From Callorhinchus milii (lineage: Eukaryota): a stretch of 64,000 nt of DNA. The DNA lies in NCBI RefSeq assembly GCF_018977255.1, contig NW_024704742.1, positions 14,076,001 to 14,140,000 of the forward strand. The letters run 5' to 3'. Made by a program: the position numbers and the translations under genes. This document shows positions 27,069 through 39,432 of the stretch, piece after piece. The notes beneath the pieces were generated by a model, which had not been told where the DNA came from, did not search any database, and saw nothing but the letters and a program-made list of their open reading frames with translations. Position 1 is the stretch's first letter; each line of letters opens with the position of its first letter.

Positions 27069-27759
27069 TGAGGACACATGTGGACACCCATCATCATGCT
27101 TAAGAGTATCCAAACCAAACTGAGAACTCCATGCATCCCACCTACACAAACTCCGAACATAATTTTTTCACCTGTGAGTTATGGTCCCAATTTAAGTTTT
27201 TAAAAATCTATCGATTAAAATGAATCAAGATGTTTTCATCACAAATGGCACACCCCTTGCTGATTGAAGTTAATAAATCAAAATGTGCTTCAGAGGTATC
27301 TTCGATAAGTTAAGGGCCACAAGTAGTGAGTCAGTGTATCTGACTGATCATTGAACTTTTGCTCTTGCAAATTCTGAATATAATGATCACAGAGGTCGAG
27401 AAGAGTGGATGTGAAATGGATAAGATGTATTGTTCTACATTAGTTGAAATAACAAAGATTTTTATAAAAGGACCAAGGTCTAAGGTAATTGACTTTGGTT
27501 CTGGCACATCACAGAAGTTGCCTACGTCTGCATTTGCAACTCATCATTTGGCATTGGAAGGACATGGACCCCACCCCTGTCAGTCCAGAGAAGATTCATG
27601 CCAGTCAATGTACAGTCAGTATATTCTGTGAAGCACTTGGAGATGTCTCAATGACGTGATCAGGCGCTATATCAAATGCAAGGATTATTATTATTATTGT
27701 ACAACCTGAACTTCTCAAATGTGGCTTCCTGCCATAGATTTCTAAATCTACAGACTGTA

Positions 27760-28030
27760 GTTATTGATTAGAGCACTTGTCTCGCAAGCGAGAGGACTCA
27801 GGTCGATTCCTGGGCAGGGCGAACCTGAGGCAAGAAGCGAAGAGCACAAGGGACAAACATGAGGCTGGAGCCAGCTGAGTGGAGGCAGCGGGTAGTGAAG
27901 TGAGAGGCAAGCAGGTCGGAGAGGTAGGGAGGTGTGAGGGCATGAAGGGATTTGAAAATGAGGGAGAGGATCTTGAAATCGATCCGTTCAGTAATTGGGA
28001 GCTAGTGGAGCCTGGCAAGGACTGGTGCGA
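27760..28030. mobile_element. Isolated family A head (+, 27760-27826) fused to an antisense L2 fragment
   Basis: tagagcacttgtctcgcaagcgagaggactcaggtcgattcctgggcagggcgaacct, then L2 minus-strand sequence (gaggatcttgaaatcgatcc). Confidence 0.65.
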
Positions 28031-28353
28031 TTCCTTCCCATCAGTTCTTTAAAAGAGAATTGGAGATACAGAAATTGGCTGAAATGTTCGCCTACAAGTA
28101 GTCACTACACTTAACAATAATTACTGCTATATTTTGTGATGTTTTGATATAATATGCTACTATTATATTTGGGACGTCCTCCCGATGTAAAAGGTGCTAT
28201 ACAAATGTAGTTTGTTGTTGTTAATTTGTTGTATTATACCTGTATCTAAATTCCAAATGTCTAGTCTGCAAGTTACTTTGTATCAAACTGAGACAATATT
28301 AATTTTCAGTTTACTGGTGTTTGCATATTATTGTTGACTTTAAGCCACAATTT

Positions 28354-28663
28354 GTGGAGTCCTGTAGCTCAGTGGTTAGAGCACTCGCCTTGCAAGCGAG
28401 ACACCTGGGTTCAATTAGCAGGGTGAAAACTTGGGCAAGTTTCCTTACTCCACACGCCTAATAATAATCCCTCCAAAACCAAAAACAATAATAAATTGGT
28501 CATTTTCAATCCATGACTGTTTGTGGGACATTGCTGTGCGCACTTGGCTGCCGCGTTTCGCCCATAAATATACGTTCAATTCACTTTACAACATATTCTG
28601 TGAAGCGCTTTGAGACATTGAGAAGACGTGAAAAGTGCTATATCAAATGCAAGGATTATTATT
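28354..28663 (+). mobile_element. SINE family A, short variant, full length
   Basis: gtggagtcctgtagctcagtggttagagcactcgccttgcaagcgagacacctgggttcaatt ... aaatgcaaggattattatt. Confidence 0.92.
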
Positions 28664-28719
28664 AAGGCAATATACACCTAAGGTTTTTCCTATGTTGAAT
28701 GTATCTGCCAAGTCAGCTT

Positions 28720-28980
28720 TCCTCCTTGGGGAAGGTCGGTTGGACCTGAGCTGGCTCCAAGGTGATGTGTTTGGCAATGGGGTGTTGGAATTGAGCCATC
28801 CCTCTGTGGCAGTCTTAGTAGTTTGGTTCCTGAGCCAGACAGTTCTATGGTACTCCAGGACACTGCTGATGACATATCATTCAGCCTAGCTCATCAGCAG
28901 ATTTTGAAGGGGTAGGCTAATCACTGGGAGCAGAGAGTGTTCCTACTCGGCAACTGTCAAACCTGCAAGCCAAGTTCTAA
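28720..28980 (+). repeat. Unclassified old interspersed repeat (family D), copy 1
   Basis: Reverse-complement similarity to 29583-29712 and 55762-56010. Confidence 0.7.
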
Positions 28981-29582
28981 AGGGGAGAGTTTCCCTCACT
29001 GGATAAGCTGTGCGAAGCTTGCCAGATAGTGCTTGCAATGATAAGCTATACAGTTTTAGCTGATTAAACTCCCGATGCACACTCTGGGTTCTAAAGTCTT
29101 GGATCTTGCCAACCTGAGCCTAATCATGGTGTGTCCCTCCAGATAGAGTCTGTATTTCATTCCATTCCAGGGAAATTTGCATGTTTAGGTGACATGTCTA
29201 TGTGGATCATTCTTTCTGATTGACTACTCTTAAGCATGGTGATGGTTTTCTGCATGTGGCAGCCACTCGGTTCATTAAACAAAATTGTCAGCTTCAATTG
29301 GTCAGTAAACTGAGACTTCACATTATCAACTTCATGAACACTGTGGACTAGCCAAGTAGGTAAATGAGGATGATCCCCAGTATGAGAAAGATGAGCTATG
29401 AAAAATTATTAGATAAGCTGCGGCTCACAAATTTGCCTTTGCCTTAGATATGGGGGCACATTAGATCTGAGTTAAAATGGGACGAACCACAATCTTTGCT
29501 CATAGTTCAGTGACAGTATTTAGTTGTGCCATTCCTGTCTGGGAAGATTCTTGCTGATTATCCAATTAGGTCCACCTACCCG

Positions 29583-29712
29583 TTAAGACTTTGGCGTGCA
29601 GGTTAACAGGAAGAGTGGGAATAATCACTGCTCACAGTGACTGGTTTCCCCCTCCCAAGTGATGCTGATAAGCCAGACTAGCTAGCATGTCATCAGCAGT
29701 GCCCTGAAGTCA
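29583..29712 (-). repeat. Family D copy 2 (inverted relative to copy 1)
   Basis: atgtcatcagcagtg (29687-29701) is the exact reverse complement of 28861-28875; the flanks align with gaps. Confidence 0.7.
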
Positions 29713-30404
29713 TTCATCTGGTATGATGTTAAATGGAAAATTCATAAACAGTTTGTATATTGCATGTATCTATTTTAGGGGAAGGCACTCAGTTCTCTGC
29801 AGCATTTCCTCTGCACCACACAGATGGAAAATAATGGGAAACAGGCTTGTGATTTGTTAAGTCAGACCCTTTTGTGATCTGTAGGCTCATTCTGTATGCA
29901 GTAGGGCTTCTGTACTTTTGTGAACTAAATTACTGACCTCTACAAATACTGAATGGCGGTGCGAAAGAAAGAGCAAGATTCAAACATCTGACAAATCCAA
30001 ATAATGTAAGCAACAAAGTGAATTTCCTATAATAATAAATAACATGGCTGATCTTTCCCATGTGAATACTGTATAATGAAAACAGTATTTGTAAACTTTC
30101 AAATTGTTCAGGCGCTGTACATTTCAGGCTGGATGTTTTCCTGGAATGCTTTATTGCTTTTGTTTGATAAGCAATGGGACATTTTCAAGACCAAGTCATT
30201 TGGAGTCTTTAATACACATTTCATGAGTCATTACTAAACCTAGGCAGATTACACAAACTCTGGTTTGCATTTATCACCACTGATCTTGCTAGAATTCTGC
30301 GCTTGTTTACTATAATCTCAATAGATGCAGTCTCTCTTTATCAGTTTAACAACACTGATACATTTAGTGGGAAGTCACCCAGACGTATAATATAACAATA
30401 CCTA

Positions 30405-30828
30405 TTAATCCTTATATTTGATACAGTGCCTTTCACATCAAGGAGGATGTCTCAAAGCAATTCACAGGATTTACTGTAATTTTAGTGACTGAGTATTTGT
30501 AGGTGAATGCAACAGCCAATTTGCACATAGCAATGCTCTACAAACAGCCATGAAATGAGGGATCAATTTCATCTGGGAGATTGGTGGCAAGACTCAGGAG
30601 AAACTCCCTTATCTTTTCAAATACTTCCATAGGATCTTTTACGTCCACCTGAACAGACACACAGAACTACGGTTTAATGTTCGAATGATGGCACATCTGA
30701 GAATCCAGCACACCGCCAGCCATGTACTGGAGTAACAGCTAAGACTGTGTGCTCAAAGCCCCAATGAGGGTCTTGAACCCATTCTGATTAAGAGGTGAGA
30801 GTGCTACCAACTGAGCTAGGCTGACACC
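30405..30828 (-). mobile_element. SINE family B
   Basis: Tail, Deu core and head (agaggtgagagtgctaccaactgagctaggctgac). Confidence 0.8.
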
Positions 30829-31619
30829 TGAAATTGTAGGCATTAAGTAAGAACAGTTTTACTTTGGGGAAGAGATTCCACTTGGACTAGAGTTGTTCTA
30901 TTTACATAGCATTTCAGAGCAGTATTAATTTTGAAGTCAGTTTTAGTTTCCATTAAGTTCTTTTACGGACTACAAAAATCCAGCATCAAAGTTGAGAAAG
31001 AATTCAACAAATTGTCAATTCTTCACATTCTAAAATGTTAAGAAAATGGAGTAGAATTTAGACCCAGGTGGATTTTACCCATCATATTGAGCTCTAGATT
31101 ATTTTTGTGTTTGATATTGCTTTCCCAAGGTTGATCTATCTAGGATGGCCAATTCTCATTCTCTCCTAAGCTAAGAAAATAACTTTTAGTGAACTGCCCA
31201 GAGTTAAAGTTTCAAAATTTTATTTTTATTTGAAGTTATGTTTTATTTCTATTTTATAATAATATTTGCAATAATAATCATATTAGAGTAATGAAGTGGA
31301 TTAAGGTTGATATTAAAGTAATAAAATTATCCACGCGTGAAAGTTGATGTCTCAGAGTGCATCTTATGAAGAGATAAAAATGTTTAAATAATTGAAAAGA
31401 TAACCCAAGAACAATAGTTTGGGATACACCAAAACAGTAGAATAAGGTTTAGAGTTGTAGAGTGAATTTCAGGATAGGCACCAATAAACTTTTTTAACCA
31501 GAGAGTAATTAATGACTGGAACAGATTACCAGGAATAGTGCTTGAGGCCAGGACACTGGTCACTGGAGTTTCTGGCCATCAATGCCCCAAATAGAATTGG
31601 TCATTCACTCCATGGGTCG

Positions 31620-32192
31620 GACATTGAATCTGTGTGCAAATTGGCTGCCATGTTTGCCCACAAAATACATAGTTACACTACAGTGCATTGTGTGAAGAGT
31701 TTGATATTTTTTCAGATAGTCTAAGATGTGATGGACACTGACAGATAAAGATGCCCACAATTATTATTGTATCATTAGTGCTATTCAGTTTTATTTAACT
31801 GCATGTTAGTGATATCCTACAATCCCTGTGTATTATAAGTTGTTGGTACTGTTCCGTGGGTGTGTGGGGAATATTGCTGTGTGCAAATTGGCTGCCACGC
31901 TCCCTCACAAAATATATAGTTGTACTACAGCATATTGTGTGAAACGCTTTGATGCATCTCAACAGCATAATAAGGCGTTATGACAAATGCAAGGATTATT
32001 ATTATAATAATACATTATTATTACATTTATAGTTTACACATTAACACATTTTTTCAGACAGTGTATGTTATGATGGATACTGACAGATAAAAATGCTAAC
32101 TTTTTTTATTGTATCATGTCACTTGAACAGTGGTGATATTCAGTTTTATTTAACTGCACAATACAGTGATATCCTACAATCGCTGCGTATTA
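31620..32192 (+). repeat. Old local direct duplication (Deu SINE piece plus ~130 bp flank, two copies)
   Basis: 31707-31835 resembles 32048-32192 (ctgacagataaa, tattcagttttatttaactgca, agtgatatcctacaatc). Confidence 0.75.
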
Positions 32193-32689
32193 AAAACCTT
32201 TGGTATTACTCTATTGCTTCACAGTTTTTGGACTAGATTTTGTATCTGAATCTTTAATAAAGCTTCTTACTCCTATTGATATACATCCCCTCTCCCGCAC
32301 GCACATTACTGTGTCTGCACTTCAATGTCATTTTTTGGTGTTACCGCTTTACAGTGACTTCAGCATCCAGTGGAGCAAGGCTAAACACTGCTCTTATGGA
32401 TCTGAATGAATAAACCTTATCATTGCTGAGAACGTAACACAGTACATTGTTGTGTCCAAGAGAAAAGCATCACAAATCCCACCAAATCCAAACTGATTGT
32501 GATCAGAGATTCTGGGGAAATTAGGTCATAAATAGAAAACATGAAGGCAAAGGAGGTGAAAGGTTTCCCTCTCTGCTTTCTGTTCAGTGTTCTGAATAAG
32601 ATGATTTTCAATTAGTCTCATCCCAGTTCTAAGTCAGTATTAAGTACCAAAGTTATCACTGGCTGTAACTCAAAAATACGAATCATGTA

Positions 32690-33080
32690 TCAGGCTTGGC
32701 TGAGTTGGTAGAACTCTTGACTCTGAATCAGAGTTTGTGGGTTCATGCCTCACAATGGGACTTTGATCTCACTTGCCAGGGTGAATTATACTCTAGTACA
32801 ATGCTGGTGGAGCGCTACATTCTTGAAGATGCCGTCCACTGGATGGGACATTAAATTGAGATACCGTCTGCCTGTTTTTGGTGGATGGTAACAATCCCAT
32901 GACCCTATTCAAAATAAAAAAAGAAGTTTCTCCTGGTGCGCTGTCCAGCAATCCCCCAGATAAATTAGTCAGTCATTTCATGACTATTTTGGGGACCTTG
33001 CTGTAGGCAAATTGATTGCTGTGTTCACTTACAAATGCATAATCAATTCACATTACAGCAATTACCTGTGAGGTGCTGTA
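32690..33080 (+). mobile_element. SINE family B
   Basis: caggcttggctgagttggtagaactcttgactctgaatcaga, then Deu core. Confidence 0.75.
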
Positions 33081-33477
33081 GGGTGTTCAGGTGCCTTGAG
33101 CCAATCTCATTAAATGTACTTCGTGATTGGGTCATTGAACTCAGAAATGCAGGAAGCTGACAACTGCTCTCCCAAGTGTATCCAATTGTTGCTCGGATAC
33201 CACTTGATGTTTGTGGGTTATGTGCAAGAAACTGGCTGGTCGGTGCTGGAAGTGTACTGAATTTTCAGTATACCACAGGTCCACAATGTGTGTGCACTAT
33301 ATGATAACTTGAGCTATCAAATCCAACTATTATTTACTGGGTAATCTTTGTGATACAGACGCAGGGTTATATAATGTAGATATTGTAAGCTTGCTTACAA
33401 AATAGACAGTCCGACACATTGCAATAAACTTCAGTGAGGCACTCTAAGATGTTCTCTTAACATTAAAGGTGCTATAT

Positions 33478-35570
33478 TTACCGCTCCACTCTACCCTCGG
33501 CCAAGTCGTCCTTCTACTCCAGGATAATCCTGGAGGCGAAGAACAACCCCAGGCTACTGTTTTCCACCACAACCCGACTCCTCCGTCCCCCCGCCACCCC
33601 GCGCAGGTCATCTCCTCCAACCTTCACTGCGAGGAGATGCTGGATTTCCTTGAATCCAAGATCAAGGGAATTCGCTCCGCGGTCACTTCCCCTCCAACAT
33701 CCACCAACCCCCCAACGCCCTCACTCCCACATTCCGACTGCTACCTATCCTCCCGTACTCACTTTTGTACCCGTTTCCCCACCCTCTGTCACCAAACTCA
33801 TCCTATCCCTAAAACCAACCACCTGCTCCCTTGACCCCATCCCCACTCCACTCCTTATCTCCCAGCTCCACTTTCTTGCCCCACATATCACCGACATCAT
33901 CAACCTGTCCCTCTCCTCTGGCTCTGTCCCCATTCCCTTTAAAAACTGCCACCATCACGCCCACCCTGAAAAAACCCTCCCTTGATGCGTCGCAGCTATC
34001 AAGCTACCGGCCCATCTCCAACCTCCCCTTTCTCTCCAAGGTCCTGGAAAGAGTTGTCGCCTCCCAACTGCGCTCTTTCCTTTCCACCCATTCACTTTTC
34101 GAACCCCTTCAGTCAGGTTTCCGTGCTGCCCATAGCACAGAAACTGCCCTGGTCAAGGTCACCAATGATATCCTGACCATCTGTGACCAGGGCTCCCTCT
34201 GCCTCCTCGTCCTCCTCGACCTATCGGCAGCATTCGATACGGTCGACCACACTATCCTACTCCACCGCTTGTCCTCCCACCTCAACCTTCAAGGCACTGT
34301 CCTTGAGTGGTTTAGGTCGTACCTTTCTCACCGTCTTCACTTTGTCTCGACGAATGGCTTCTCCTCCACCCCCCGTACTGTCTCATGTGGTGTCCCTCAG
34401 GGCTCTGTCCTCGGTCCCCTCCTCTTCACCCTCTATATGCTCCCCCTTGGTGACATCATCCGCAGACATGGAGTTAACTTCCACATGTATGCGGATGACA
34501 CCCAACTCTACCTTTCCTCCTCTACTCTCAACTCCACGACCACCGATGTCCTGACAGCCTGCCTGTCCGACATCGAGTCCTGGACGAGAGACAACTTTCT
34601 TCAGCTCAACGTGCGAAAAACCGAGGCCCTCCTGATTGGCTCACGTCAGCGCCTCCGCACCTCAGGCGCCGACACCATCAGCATCCAAGGCTGCACTCTC
34701 CACCTCTCAAAGCCAGTCAGGAACCTCGGCGTTTTGTTCGACCCTGAGCTGTCCTTTCTCCCTCACATCCGCACCACAACTGGCACCGCCTTCCATCACC
34801 TCCGGAACATCGCCAGACTACGGCATTACCTCACCCCTCACGCTGCTGAAACCCTGGTTCACGCCTTTGTCACCTCAAGGCTGGACTATGGGAACTCTCT
34901 CCTCGCCGGCCTTCCCGGCACCTCCCTCCACAAGCTGCAGGTCATTCAGAACTCTGCAGCTCGTGTACTGTCCCGCACCAGGCTTCGCGACCACATCACT
35001 CCCACCCTCGCTCGCCTCCACTGGCTCCCCATCCCCCAGAGGATTGATTTCAAGATCCTCATCCTCACCTACAAGGCCATTCACGGCCTTGCTCCCTCCT
35101 ACCTCTCCAACCTACTATCCCCCTACCTACCTGCCCGTACCCTCCGTTCCTCCGGCTCTGGTCTGCTCCACGTCCCCCGCCCCAATCGCCCTACCATCGG
35201 TGGTCGGGCCTTCAGCCTCTCAGCCCCGAGGCTCTGGAACTCCATCCCCCAGTGCCTTCGCCGCCTCCTCCCTTTCCTCCTTCAAGGCCGGTCTCAAAAC
35301 CTTTCTCTTTGACCGAGCCTTCAGCTCCCCTCTCGACTCTCTTCCCCCTCCTCGCTCCCTCCCTTCCCTCCCCTCACCATTTCCCCCCTCTTCGCTCCCT
35401 CCCTTCCCTCCCCTCACCCTGACCATTTCCCCCCTCCTCGCTCCCTCCCTTCCCTCCCCTCACCCTGACCTTTTCCCCCTGCTCGGGTCATGACCCAACT
35501 GTGCAGCGCCTTGGGAAGTCCTCCTGACGTGAAAGGCGCTTTCTAAATGGAATCTTGTTGTTGTTGTTGT
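33478..35570 (+). mobile_element. L2-clade LINE, 5'-truncated (~2.1 kb), young; RT domain open over 33945-35312
   Basis: [56 protein letters not shown]; upstream linker (LDPIPT) frameshifted; (ttg)n tail; tatat TSD at 33473-33477 / 35571-35575 inside a SINE tail. Confidence 0.97.
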
Positions 35571-35744
35571 TATATCAAATACAAGGATTATTATTTTATC
35601 ATGAAATGGAAATGCCCCGTGTGATGCACAAGGGGATACTCCTCTGATGTTGATGTGAGGTCAGATTCAGACAGCTTGCATTTATATAATGCCTTCGATG
35701 AAACAGAATGTCTCAAAGCACTTATTTCACAACATTGAACAAAT

Positions 35745-36116
35745 CAATAATAATAATTCTTGCATTTGATATAGTGCCTTATCATATCTTCGAGACATCT
35801 GAAAGTGCTTCGCAAAATATACTGTTAAGTGAATTCACTATATTTTGTGGGCAAAACACACCAGCTAATTGTGCACAGCAGTGTCCCACAAACAGTCGTG
35901 GATTGAAGTGACCAATTTATTATTTTTGTTGAAGGAATTATTACCCCCAGAAAAGCAATCCGCCAATCGATTAACAGCTGGGTTCTTACTTCCTGCTAGG
36001 TAAACAGGGGCATGTGGAGTAAAGAAACTTGCTCAACATTTGGCCCTACCGGGAATCGAACCCAGGTCTCTCATTTGCGATGCGAATGCTCTAACCACTG
36101 AGCTTCAGGACCCCAC
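35745..36116 (-). mobile_element. SINE family A, long variant
   Basis: Head gtggggtcctgaagctcagtggttagagcattcgcatcgcaaatgagagacctgggttcgattcc (minus strand), extra CORE-like segment, Deu core, tail. Confidence 0.88.
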
Positions 36117-36897
36117 ATCAAGTCGTCCCCTTGCAGAAAACATGAAGCATTTACTTAATGCTGACTATTCAATTTATTTAATCTTTTGAGGATTGGTTCT
36201 GTAAAGCTTCCCTTGGATTCTTGAAAGATAATTGAACAAAACTAGAAATGATCTGTGTAATTTTGTAACTTGTTTGATTCATTTTCTTTCAGCAGTTCAT
36301 GAACCATCATGTTCCATGAATTGTTTGACTGCATCTTTCTGATCTTGTACTTGAATCATTTGGGCTTGTTGCCAAGCAGATGTTTATACAGTGTTTTTTA
36401 AAAAAAGAATTGAGACCGAAATAAATGATTTTACAGACTCTTTGGACTTTGGAGATTATTGGGATTCACAGTTAGCTGTGTTACGAACCCTGCAAATATC
36501 TTCCAAGATTCCCAATGCGGGAGTCATAATTCATTCAATCCGGTTTTAATCTGGAAAATTGATTGGAAGATTCAATGAATGCTCAATAAACACATCCAAA
36601 TCCTTTTCGTTTTACCCAATGGACACTTTCTACTGAGCAAATACTTTTCACGTTTTGTATTCCAATGTGCTTTATTGGGTAACACTCACCTTGCAAGTCT
36701 GATTTTTGCACTGTCTGGGAAGATCTTGTTCTGCGCACATGCAAAGTTGTGTGTAGCACACAGCTGCTATCAAAGCTGCTCAGAGTAACTAGATCGCTTT
36801 CATTAAAAACCCTCCGCACCCAGCTCAGAACAGATTCTTTTTTGCCAGTAACTTTGTACCATGTCTACTTCTGCTATGAAGTCCAATGTGGAGAAAC

Positions 36898-37720
36898 AGA
36901 CAACAACTTGCATCTTTATGGCGCCCTTCACGCGGGGTAGCATCCCAAAGTGCTTGACAGTGGCGGAGTCTGATAATGAATCAGGGGGAGAGGGAGGGGG
37001 AGGTAACTGTAAGCACGATCAAAAAGAATGGTCTTTAGGCAGGATTTGAGGGTGTGTGTGGAGGCAAAGGGATTGAGGGAAAGAGTTCCAGAGCAGAGTT
37101 TCGAGGCATAGTGGCTTTATCTGGGTGATGGTGGGGGAGATGGGGGTTAAAGGAGTGTGTCGGGATGGGTGATAGGAGTCATGGTCAGAGAAGAGGGTGG
37201 TGAAGGAGCCATGGGGTGAGGGTAGTAGCCAAAATGGGGATTGGGAGGGAGGAGGAGGCAGCCAGGCGGATGCTATCTATCTTAGAAATAAAGAAGTGAA
37301 AATGCTTGTGTCACAGTTGCCGGTGAAACATGAGGCCGGTTTTGTGCCTTCTGCGCTCGAGCAACTGGGTTTGGGATTTGAGAGAGTGGAGATGATCACT
37401 GTACTAGGGGGAGCGGGTAAGTGTGGAGGCAGACCTGGTTTTCAGGGGGGACAGGGAAATTGAAAGTTGAGGAGAGGTGATTATTTAGCAACTTAACGGC
37501 TGCATCAGGATCACTGGGGGTGGAAGGCCAGAGAGAGAGAAGATCCGAGGGTGAGAGGGTATTTGTGAGGGACTCGGGGGTGGGAATGGGGAAGCTTTTT
37601 CCATGGACAGAAAAAGATGGTCTTGAAATAGGGGAGGATGATATGAGAGGAGAGGAAGTGGTCTGAGGTGGCCTTGTGTGTGATGGTCAGATCAAACATG
37701 TCAAGGCTATGGGTGATGCT
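36898..37720 (-). mobile_element. Old, internally deleted L2 (3' tail plus possible endonuclease C-terminal remnant)
   Basis: (aac)n ttgcatctttatggcgccc tail; minus strand HSLD..LTIT..TSDHF near 37650-37715 resembles the end of an APE domain. Confidence 0.6.
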
Positions 37721-38154
37721 TTAAAACTGTAATAATACTACACTGTTCAGCACATTACATGGGTACTCTTTCTTTAGACACCAGTAAATGAATGATATTT
37801 AATTATTGAATGATCAATATTTTCTTCCTGGAAAAGTGTATCTTGTTTTATTTGGTGGGAGAAGAGTCAGAGGAGTTGCTTATCATTTTCAGTGTGGTAT
37901 TTTTCATCACCATTCATATCCTCGGATCATTGGATTGCAAATAAAAAGACATTCTCGAAACCAGCGGCCATTAAATTAAACAGATGGAAGTCGTAAACAT
38001 AATGAAGGAAAAAAGAATGACGTCCCCGCCAATATGTTTAGATGATATGAGGCACAAATAAACAAAAGGCATTTCATGCTGAGCGATGACCTGTGATCCT
38101 GTTTATAAAATACATGAACATCTGCAGAATCTTAAATGTTTGTACAAAAATCTT

Positions 38155-38540
38155 GGAGCTGTTGGCTCAGTGGCTTTGGATGCAACAATTTCCATTTGGA
38201 GGGTGGGAGTTCACCCACAGCGGTTGTGTAATTCATGTTTAATTTGCAGATGACATGGGCAAGTTACCTTAATTCACATGCCTCTGTCTACCTAGCAGTA
38301 AGTAGGAACCCAATTGTTAGTCGGACAGATGGCTTTTCCAGGGGTAATATTGCCTTAAAAAAAAGAATTTGGTCACTCAGTCCACCACTGTTTCTGAGAC
38401 ACTGCTGTGCACAATTGGCTGCCACGATTCGCCCACAAAATATACAGTCACTACACTTTACAGTATATTCTGTGAAGCATTTTAAAACATCTCGAAGACG
38501 TGATAAGGCGCTATATCAAATGCAAGAATTATTATTATTA
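38155..38540 (+). mobile_element. SINE family A-related, long variant, diverged head
   Basis: tgggcaagttaccttaattcacatgcctctgtctacctagcagtaagtaggaaccc, then Deu core and tail. Confidence 0.8.
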
Positions 38541-39432
38541 TGACACCAAACTGGAGGGGACAGGGAGTAATTAATGAAGAGGATTGCAAAAAGATGCAGG
38601 CAGACATAAATAGTCTTGTAGATTGGGCAAATTGGTGGCAGATTAAATTTTCTGTAAAGAAAATGTGTCAAGTTATTCACATTGGAAGGAAGAATAAAGA
38701 AGTGACTAATCCATGGATGGTATATACTTAAAAGGCGTAGAAAAACAAAGTAATCTTGAGGATTCAGATTCACAAGATTCTAGAAATAGCAGCACAAATA
38801 GACGAGACTATAAAACATGCAAACGGAGCACTTATCTTTATATCCAGAAGAACAAAAATAGGAAAGTAATGTTAAATTATATAAAACCTTGGTTAAAAAA
38901 TGCTGTGTGCAGTGCTGGTTATCATACTACGTACAGGAAGGAAACATTGGAAAGAGAGAGCAGTGGAAATTTACAAGGATATTCCTACGGATGAATGGAT
39001 AGAGTATCAAGAAAGATTCAACAGCTTTTTTCTCTTCATTTGAGACTTTGAGAGTAGACCAGTTAGAGGTGTTTAAGGCTGAAATAATTTGATATGGTGG
39101 ACATCAATAGGCTGTTTCCACTTGTTGGTGAGTCCAAACGAGCGGGCATCAACATAAAACTGCCAGAGGCAGATCTCAAAGGTAGTTTAGGAGGAACTTC
39201 TTTACGCAGAGGGTGGTGAAAGGGTGGAACTCACTGCCTGAAGCAAAAAGAATCAATATATTGAAGAGGAAATAATGCACTTGTGAGGGAAATACAACAA
39301 CAACAACTTGCACTTATATAGTGCCCTCCACGAAGAGAATAGGATGTGTGGAGGCTCATGTGGAGTGTAAACACTGGATGGACTAGTTAGGCTGAATGGA
39401 CAGTTCCTATTCATATCGTTCTGAGCAATTCT
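38541..39432 (+). mobile_element. Old CR1 LINE 3' fragment
   Basis: EEDCKKMQADINSLVDWANWWQIKF..CQVIHIG (CR1 RT C-terminus), aggaacttctttacgcagagggtggtg, and 3' UTR ggactagttaggctgaatgg. Confidence 0.85.

Noticed and set aside
28356..28430. tRNA-Ala gene (also 7090-7165, 36045-36116, 57870-57945)
   Set aside because: The A/B boxes and TGC loop run directly into SINE body and tail, and there is no proper acceptor stem. These are SINE heads.
33831..35312. 493-aa reverse-transcriptase ORF as a host gene, retron or intact autonomous LINE
   Set aside because: It is a 5'-truncated L2 ORF2 with no endonuclease domain or ORF1, upstream frameshifts, a (TTG)n tail and a TSD.
34636..35493. 285-aa Ser/Pro/Thr-rich ORF (and similar ORFs at 2968, 3589, 61569)
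   Set aside because: These are alternative frames of C-rich L2 sequence that stay open because of base composition.
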